Source of the DNA: an uncultured Prevotellaceae bacterium
GTDB lineage: Bacteria > Bacteroidota > Bacteroidia > Bacteroidales > Muribaculaceae
Assembly (NCBI GenBank): GCA_900541935.1
Contig: UQLZ01000001.1
Coordinates: forward strand, 19,019 to 83,018
Direction of reading: 5' to 3'
DNA length: 64,000 bases
The notes under the pieces were generated by a model, which was not told the DNA's origin, ran no database searches, and saw only the letters and a list, made by a program, of their open reading frames with translations. The stretch's first letter is position 1. Each line of letters opens with the position of its first letter. Shown in pieces: positions 59,357 through 64,000 of the stretch. The translations under genes and the position numbers were made by a program.

Positions 59357-61177
59357 ATGACAATGAAAACTATTAATAGACAAAATATTTTAGCAGTCTG
59401 TGCTCTTGCATTCTGTTTTGCAGGATATGCGCAGAATGAAAAGGAGTTGAACAAGACTATTGTTGTTGAAAAAGAGTTCGTTCCTGTTGAGGTGAAAGTA
59501 ACCAAACAAGCAACGGATATTGAGGAGGCTCCTTTGAAAGTGGAGAAAGTAAAACTTAAATATAGCGATTGGGCTCTTCCTGCAAGCATTTCTTCTATGA
59601 TGGTAGCACAATCTCCTATCCTGTATAAGGACGCTTCATTGGAGGAGTTTAGAAAACGAGGTTATGCGTCGTTTGCAATGGGTAACTATATGAATATCGT
59701 CGGTAGTGCCGGTTATCGCATTGTTGATAATGCAAAGACTACTTTAGGGGCGTGGTTCCAGCATAATTCGACAAATGGCAAAATTACTGATGACGGGGAT
59801 TTGGAAGGCTTTAAAGACAGTTATGACAAGCAATTCATTGTTGATGATAAGTTTGGACTTTATTTCAGCAATGCTTTTGAGGCGGGAGAATTAACTATTG
59901 ACGCTGATTATCAGTTTAGTAAGTTTAATTATTTCCGTTACTTGCCTATGGGCGATAATTTGTTGATATATCCTAACGAGAGAAAACAAAAAGTTAATAA
60001 TTTCGGTTTTAAAGCCGGATGGGCGAATGGTGAGGATAGCGAATTTCAGTATAATTTAGGAATTGGCGTTGGCTATTTCAATTCAGACTACCGCTTTTGG
60101 GTAGAGCCGCTCCCTTCTAATAACTTTGACGGTATGAAGGAATTCGGCTTGTCGGTAAATGGAGGAGTGAGCCAGCGATTTGCCGAGGATTCTTATATAG
60201 GCTTGGACTTGAAGTTTGACTATTTCAAGCGCTCAAACCTTATGACATTTAATAATATCAGGGAAGATGGTGCTTTAAAAACTGTTTTTTCACCTATCGA
60301 CAACCATTCTTTCGGAATGCTGACAGTTAAGCCTCATTACAGCAAGGAAACAGGCCGAATGAACTTTAATGTTGGCGTTAATGTTGATGTGTCGTTTAAT
60401 AATGGAACAACTTTCCGCATTGCACCTGATGTGAGGTTTGACTATGCTTTCACAAAGAACATAGCATTGGCTCTTTCTGCAGTTGGCGGTAATAAGATAA
60501 ATACTTTCCGTAATACATTCGCAGAAAACAGATACTTGAATCCTTCTCTTGAACTCCCGACAACATATACGCTTGTAGATGCCGAGGCGGCAATCAAATT
60601 TGGAGCGTTTAAGGGATTTCATTTTGTGCCGTTTGTGGGTTTCAGCGTAACTAAAAACAATATGGTTCCTTTTCTTTACCAGAATATAGGCTTCTTTGCC
60701 GCTGGAAATACATTCTATAGAGGAATGGATATGAAAGGCTTTAAGGCTGGTGTTGAATTGGGGTATAAGTTTGGCTCGTATGTTGATTTGGCTGCAAAAT
60801 ATACATTTGCTCCGCAAAACGAAGAAGACGGCTATGTCGTTACTCCAGACTGTGCAGAGCATAATGTTGATGCGATGCTGAAGGTTTCTCCAATAAAGAA
60901 ATTGGATATTGCTTTGTCTTACAATTTGAGAGCGTTAAGAACTCTAAGAAAGTCATTGCCAATGACAACAAATGTTCCGGGTGAAATTGTGGAGCATTTA
61001 AGTTGTGACCGAATGTCTAATATCTCAAACTTAAATGCTTCTGCATCATATCGTATAAATGATATGTTCTCTGTGTTCTGCCAGGCTAATAACCTTTTGG
61101 GCAGAAATTATCAAGTATATAATAGTATTACAGCACAGGAATTTAATATCCTTGGGGGCATATCTGTAAAGTTTTAG
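59357..61177 (+). CDS. outer-membrane beta-barrel protein (hypothetical)
   Basis: Signal peptide, alternating amphipathic strands, C-terminal ..GGISVKF. The start lies 3 nt after the TPR gene stop. Confidence 0.65.
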   Translation: MTMKTINRQNILAVCALAFCFAGYAQNEKELNKTIVVEKEFVPVEVKVTKQATDIEEAPLKVEKVKLKYSDWALPASISSMMVAQSPILYKDASLEEFRKRGYASFAMGNYMNIVGSAGYRIVDNAKTTLGAWFQHNSTNGKITDDGDLEGFKDSYDKQFIVDDKFGLYFSNAFEAGELTIDADYQFSKFNYFRYLPMGDNLLIYPNERKQKVNNFGFKAGWANGEDSEFQYNLGIGVGYFNSDYRFWVEPLPSNNFDGMKEFGLSVNGGVSQRFAEDSYIGLDLKFDYFKRSNLMTFNNIREDGALKTVFSPIDNHSFGMLTVKPHYSKETGRMNFNVGVNVDVSFNNGTTFRIAPDVRFDYAFTKNIALALSAVGGNKINTFRNTFAENRYLNPSLELPTTYTLVDAEAAIKFGAFKGFHFVPFVGFSVTKNNMVPFLYQNIGFFAAGNTFYRGMDMKGFKAGVELGYKFGSYVDLAAKYTFAPQNEEDGYVVTPDCAEHNVDAMLKVSPIKKLDIALSYNLRALRTLRKSLPMTTNVPGEIVEHLSCDRMSNISNLNASASYRINDMFSVFCQANNLLGRNYQVYNSITAQEFNILGGISVKF

Positions 61178-61190
61178 GAAATAGAGATAA

Positions 61191-61228
61191 TATTTTGAGG
61201 GACCGTCAAATTCGTTTAGGCGGTTCTT
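61191..61228 (+). terminator. terminator-like hairpin plus T9 after the outer-membrane-protein gene
   Basis: GGACCG..CGGTTC imperfect stem followed by TTTTTTTTT. Confidence 0.45.
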
Positions 61229-61516
61229 TTTTTTATTGATGGTGCTAATCTTGGAAGCATCTTGCAATCGCGGACACTCAGCAGAGTGTCCCTACAGTGG
61301 TGTGTTAGTAACATATTAATAATCAGCCAACTGTAGAAACGAAATGTATTTCGTCCGCCGTGGGCAATGGCGTATGCAAAAACAGTACCAACCACGGATA
61401 CCCTACAGTAAATGGGTTGAACTTCAATGCTTTGTAGGGGCGATTCCCGAAATCCCTGCCTCGTGTAACAAGGAAATCCCCGTAAACGTCCACGCACAAA
61501 AAACATTCTTCTTAAA

Positions 61517-61550
61517 AAATAACCCACTCAAATTTGATTTGAGTGGGTTG
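61517..61550 (-). terminator. rho-independent terminator for pgi
   Basis: AACCCACTCAAAT..ATTTGAGTGGGTT stem. On the minus strand it is followed by ATTTTTTAA. Confidence 0.6.
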
Positions 61551-61580
61551 CTTGTCTTATCTAAGTTTTATTGAAATATC

Positions 61581-62915
61581 TTATTTCAATTTTGCTTGGA
61601 TTGCTTTAGTTGCTTCTTCGTAACCTGGTTTTTCGAGGAGGGCAAACATGTTTTTCTTGTAAGCCTCTACGCCCGGTTGGTTGAATGGGTTAACGTCAAG
61701 GATATAACCGCTGATACCGCAAGCCTTTTCGAAGAAATAGATAATTTCACCGAGGTGGTACTCGCTAAGTTCCGGCAAAGTGATGTGGATATTTGGCACA
61801 CCGCCGTCAACGTGTGCGATAACAGTACCAAGTTCTGCCATCTTGTTAACTTCGTCGATACGCTTGTTTGCGATATAGTTCAAACCGTCAAGGTTTGCCT
61901 CGTCAGAAGGGATGCGAACTTCGTGTTGTTGCTTGGCAACAGAGATAACAGTTTCGAAGATAGTTCTTTCGCCTTCTTGAATCCATTGACCCATTGAGTG
62001 AAGGTCTGTTGAGTTGTCAACAGATGCTGGGAAAATACCCTTATTCTCTTTACCTTCGCTTTCGCCGTAGAGTTGTTTCCACCATTCAGCGAGGAAGTGG
62101 AGTTTCGGGTTGTAGTTAACAAGGATTTCGATTTTCTTGCCAGAGTTATAAAGAGCGTTACGAGTCTTGGCATATTCAACGGCGATATTGTCGTCAGCAT
62201 TGATAGTTGCCATTTCCATATTTTTAGCACCTTCGATAAGTTGGCGGATGTTGAATCCGGCAATAGCGATAGGAAGCAAGCCAACAGGAGTCAATACAGA
62301 GAAACGGCCGCCGATATTGTCTTCGATAACGTATGATGTGTAGCCTTCTTCGTTGGCAAGAGTGCGTAGTGCACCTTTTGCAGCGTCGGTAACTGCAACG
62401 ATGTGCTTAGAAGCAAATTCCTTTCCTTCTTGCTTTTCGAGCATTTCCTTAAGGATGCGGAATGCAATTGCCGGTTCAGTTGTTGTTCCTGATTTTGAAA
62501 TAACAACGATACCGAATTTCTTGCCGTTAAGTAGGCTGATTAGTTCGCTCATGTAATCTTCGCCGATGTTCTGTCCAGCGAAAAGAACGCGAGGACCGTT
62601 TGCCGGCTTGAGGGCAGCAAATGAGTCGCTTAGCGCTTCAATAACTGCTTTTGCACCGAGGTAACTGCCGCCGATGCCGATGGCAACAACATATTCGCAG
62701 TCGTTGCGAAGAGTGGCAGCCGTATTTTCGATGCTGCTAACCAATTCTTCATCAAGAGATGATGGCAAGTGCATCCAGCCGAGGAAGTCGTTTCCTGCAC
62801 CTGAGCCTGTTTCCAACTTTTCGATAGCCTCTGCTGCTTTTGCCTGCAATGCATCGATGTCGCTCGCACTTACTGTCCCAAGAACGTTGCGATTGTCTAA
62901 TTTAATAGAATCCAT
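61581..62915 (-). CDS. pgi: glucose-6-phosphate isomerase
   Basis: 444 aa bacterial short-form Pgi (..[14 protein letters not shown].., SKSGTT..). Confidence 0.9.
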   Translation of the reverse strand: MDSIKLDNRNVLGTVSASDIDALQAKAAEAIEKLETGSGAGNDFLGWMHLPSSLDEELVSSIENTAATLRNDCEYVVAIGIGGSYLGAKAVIEALSDSFAALKPANGPRVLFAGQNIGEDYMSELISLLNGKKFGIVVISKSGTTTEPAIAFRILKEMLEKQEGKEFASKHIVAVTDAAKGALRTLANEEGYTSYVIEDNIGGRFSVLTPVGLLPIAIAGFNIRQLIEGAKNMEMATINADDNIAVEYAKTRNALYNSGKKIEILVNYNPKLHFLAEWWKQLYGESEGKENKGIFPASVDNSTDLHSMGQWIQEGERTIFETVISVAKQQHEVRIPSDEANLDGLNYIANKRIDEVNKMAELGTVIAHVDGGVPNIHITLPELSEYHLGEIIYFFEKACGISGYILDVNPFNQPGVEAYKKNMFALLEKPGYEEATKAIQAKLK

Positions 62916-63018
62916 AAGTTAAAACTTTATTAATCATTTAATACTTTGCGAAGTTACTTTAATTTCACCGTAGAAAAAAGAAAAATATCTTTTTTCTTTC
63001 ATTTATTGGCGATTGCGT

Positions 63019-64000
63019 TTATGCCTGCAATTTGTCAATGTTTGCAAAGAGTTCGTCAATGTCGCTCTCTTTTGTTGCCCAGCAGGTAACGAAGCGTACT
63101 GCCGTTTCCTTTTCGCCGCGGTTGCCCCAAACTTCAAATGATGCAAATTCGCGGATCTTGTCCATCATTCCGTTTTCGAGGATAAAGAACTGCTGGTTTG
63201 TTGGCGAGTCAATATATAGTTTGCAGCCTCTTTGGGTAAATCCTTCTTTCAACTTCATTGCCATTTTTATGGCGTGTTCAGAGATTGAGTAGTAAAGATT
63301 ATTGCTGAAAAGAGTGAGGAACTGCAAGCCGAGAAGGCGACCCTTTGCGAGTAATGCTCCGTGTTGTTTTATGATAGTCTTGAAGCGGGGAAGAGCTGTT
63401 TTGTCGGGTATAACGACAGCCTCTCCGAATAGAGCGCCAACCTTTGTTCCGCCTATATAGAAAGCGTCTGCAACTGTTGCAAGGTCGTTCAGTGTCAAGT
63501 CGCCGTTAGCGGCAAGCCCGTAGCCGAGTCTTGCTCCGTCGATATATAGAGGGAGTCCGTATTCCTTGCAAACTGCCTTGATTTCTTTTAGTTCATTCAG
63601 CGAATAAAGAGTGCCCAATTCAGTAGGATAGGAGATATAGACCATTCCCGGTTCAACCATGTGTACCCATGTTTCATCGTTGAAGAAGTCAGACAGATAC
63701 TTTTGTAGGTCCTTAGCCATCAGTTTCCCGTCGCATCCAGTGATAGTTATAACCTTATGGCCGAAAGCCTCAATTGCTCCCGCTTCGTGGACGTTGATAT
63801 GCCCGGTACCGATAGTTATAACGCCCTGATGAGTTCTGAGTAGCCCGTCGATAACGGTAGCATTTGTCTGCGTGCCGCCAACAAGGAAAAACACGTCAGA
63901 ATCATTTGGGTTTAGTCCGCAGGCGTTTAGAATAGCAATCTTTGCCTGTTCGGTATAGTTGTCAAAACCGTAACCAGGCGTTTCCTCGAGATTAGTTTCA
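63019..64000 (-). CDS. low-specificity threonine aldolase family protein (partial; N-terminus beyond window end)
   Basis: The frame stays open to position 64000 (..ETLNLEETPGYGFDNYTEQAKIAILNACGLNPNDSDVFFLVGGTQTN..), matching the beta-eliminating-lyase/LtaE pattern. Confidence 0.75.
   Translation of the reverse strand, partial: ETNLEETPGYGFDNYTEQAKIAILNACGLNPNDSDVFFLVGGTQTNATVIDGLLRTHQGVITIGTGHINVHEAGAIEAFGHKVITITGCDGKLMAKDLQKYLSDFFNDETWVHMVEPGMVYISYPTELGTLYSLNELKEIKAVCKEYGLPLYIDGARLGYGLAANGDLTLNDLATVADAFYIGGTKVGALFGEAVVIPDKTALPRFKTIIKQHGALLAKGRLLGLQFLTLFSNNLYYSISEHAIKMAMKLKEGFTQRGCKLYIDSPTNQQFFILENGMMDKIREFASFEVWGNRGEKETAVRFVTCWATKESDIDELFANIDKLQA

Noticed and set aside
61216-61574. Two overlapping ORFs (103 aa minus strand, 76 aa plus strand) in the GC-rich intergenic block
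   Set aside because: Arg/Cys/Pro-rich translations typical of non-coding GC-rich DNA, with no start context. I treated the region as a possible RNA element instead.

Overview
This 64-kb window reads as a Bacteroidales (Prevotella-like) chromosome: about 44% GC, Bacteroidetes-style AT-rich intergenic regions, a SusC/SusD pair, and several proteins with type IX secretion (T9SS) C-terminal sorting domains. I called about 48 genes plus one tRNA-Val. Housekeeping genes recognised by motif include relA/spoT (partial), ispH, cmk, folB, rpoN, purE, ispG, adk, hpt, rbfA, pgi, a U32 peptidase, a TrpB2-type PLP enzyme and a threonine aldolase (partial). A four-gene RND efflux operon (TolC, adaptor, RND pump, small P-II-like protein) ends in a clear terminator hairpin.

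The accessory core is a polysaccharide-utilisation-like locus at 19.1-34.5 kb. It contains susC, susD, two surface lipoproteins (one with a PKD domain), and three paralogous GHL10-family (PF02638-like) putative glycosidases, each ending in a T9SS C-terminal domain. I cannot infer the substrate.

Three otherwise intact genes are interrupted. An in-frame TAA splits an LRR/T9SS surface protein. An in-frame TGA splits one GHL10 paralog. A roughly 1-nt frameshift splits a MATE transporter. Normal TAA, TGA and TAG stops elsewhere rule out an alternative genetic code.

Other candidates for follow-up are:
- an orphan two-gene cassette (46.8-48.6 kb) whose large product weakly resembles a lambda gpE-like capsid protein;
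- a GC-rich, hairpin-rich 270-bp intergenic block (61.24-61.51 kb) between two convergent terminators, which could be a small RNA;
- a TPR-protein/beta-barrel outer-membrane-protein operon;
- a standalone secreted TonB C-terminal-domain protein.

I found no CRISPR array, transposase or integrase.
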